Below, in pieces: positions 63,681 to 64,000 of a stretch of 64,000 nt of DNA. Source of the stretch: Thalia democratica. Taxonomy: Eukaryota. The DNA lies in the NCBI GenBank assembly GCA_965202585.1, contig OZ241833.1:30876001-30940000 (forward strand). Direction: 5' to 3'. Positions within the stretch are counted from its first letter, which is position 1; each line of letters starts with the position of its first letter. The notes under the pieces were generated by a model. That model had not been told where the DNA came from, made no database searches, and was given only the letters and a program-made list of their open reading frames with translations. A program made the translations under genes and the position numbers.

Positions 63681-64000
63681 GTTTGTGTGGTTTTTGTTTA
63701 TTGAAAATGAACTTTCAAACTAAATAAATATTTTTTATGTTGTTTGTACAAGTTTGTGTGTTTTTTTTTGAAACTTAACTCTAAGGTTGTTTATATGTTT
63801 GGTTGTATGATCTTCCTGTGTTCGGGCTTTTGTCTGTGTAGTTTTCTGGATACAATTTAATTATCAGAAAATGTTTAGCTGCATGTAAAATAAAATGAGT
63901 ATAAAATGCTTAAATTTAAGTTAAGATGTACAAAAAGTTTTTTAAATAAATATAATTATCTTAAAAAAGGAATTTGATATCTAAAGTAAACTTAAATATG

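Noticed and set aside
1-64000. CRISPR array, rRNA, tRNA or autonomous transposase/reverse transcriptase genes
   Set aside because: No repeat-spacer array, cloverleaf, rRNA-like tract or long transposon ORF was seen. The window is spliceosomal-intron eukaryotic DNA.

Overview
Eukaryotic (invertebrate animal) genomic DNA with very AT-rich introns and GC-rich, canonical GT-AG exons. A tunicate is my low-confidence guess, from TGACGTCA enrichment, a mosaic-methylation signature and miR-92 expansion. Three intron-rich genes were reconstructed by hand with phase-consistent exon chains. (1) Minus strand, 18872 to <1: a secreted protein of at least 1550 aa with a signal peptide, at least 8 MAM domains, an AbfB/CBM42 beta-trefoil and a PAN/apple module inserted inside MAM3. 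(2) Plus strand, 30906-45716: a complete 14-exon, 790-aa otopetrin proton channel. (3) Plus strand, 52544 to >64000: the 5' part of DNA polymerase alpha catalytic subunit (POLA1). The most striking unannotated structure is in the POLA1 intron 57852-60053: six sense-strand pre-miRNA-like hairpins whose 3' arms all begin with the miR-92-family signature (U/A)AUUGCA(C/U), enclosed by a long-range inverted repeat that could close the array into one RNA domain. Also present: several non-autonomous DNA transposons (two hAT, one Tc1/pogo, a 957-bp foldback with 9-bp TSD, a telomere-like-motif family), 5'-truncated retroposon fragments, duplicated exon-edge echoes, a sharp CpG-depleted domain over POLA1, and many GTT splice donors. 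All calls come from reading the sequence; no database search or folding program was run.
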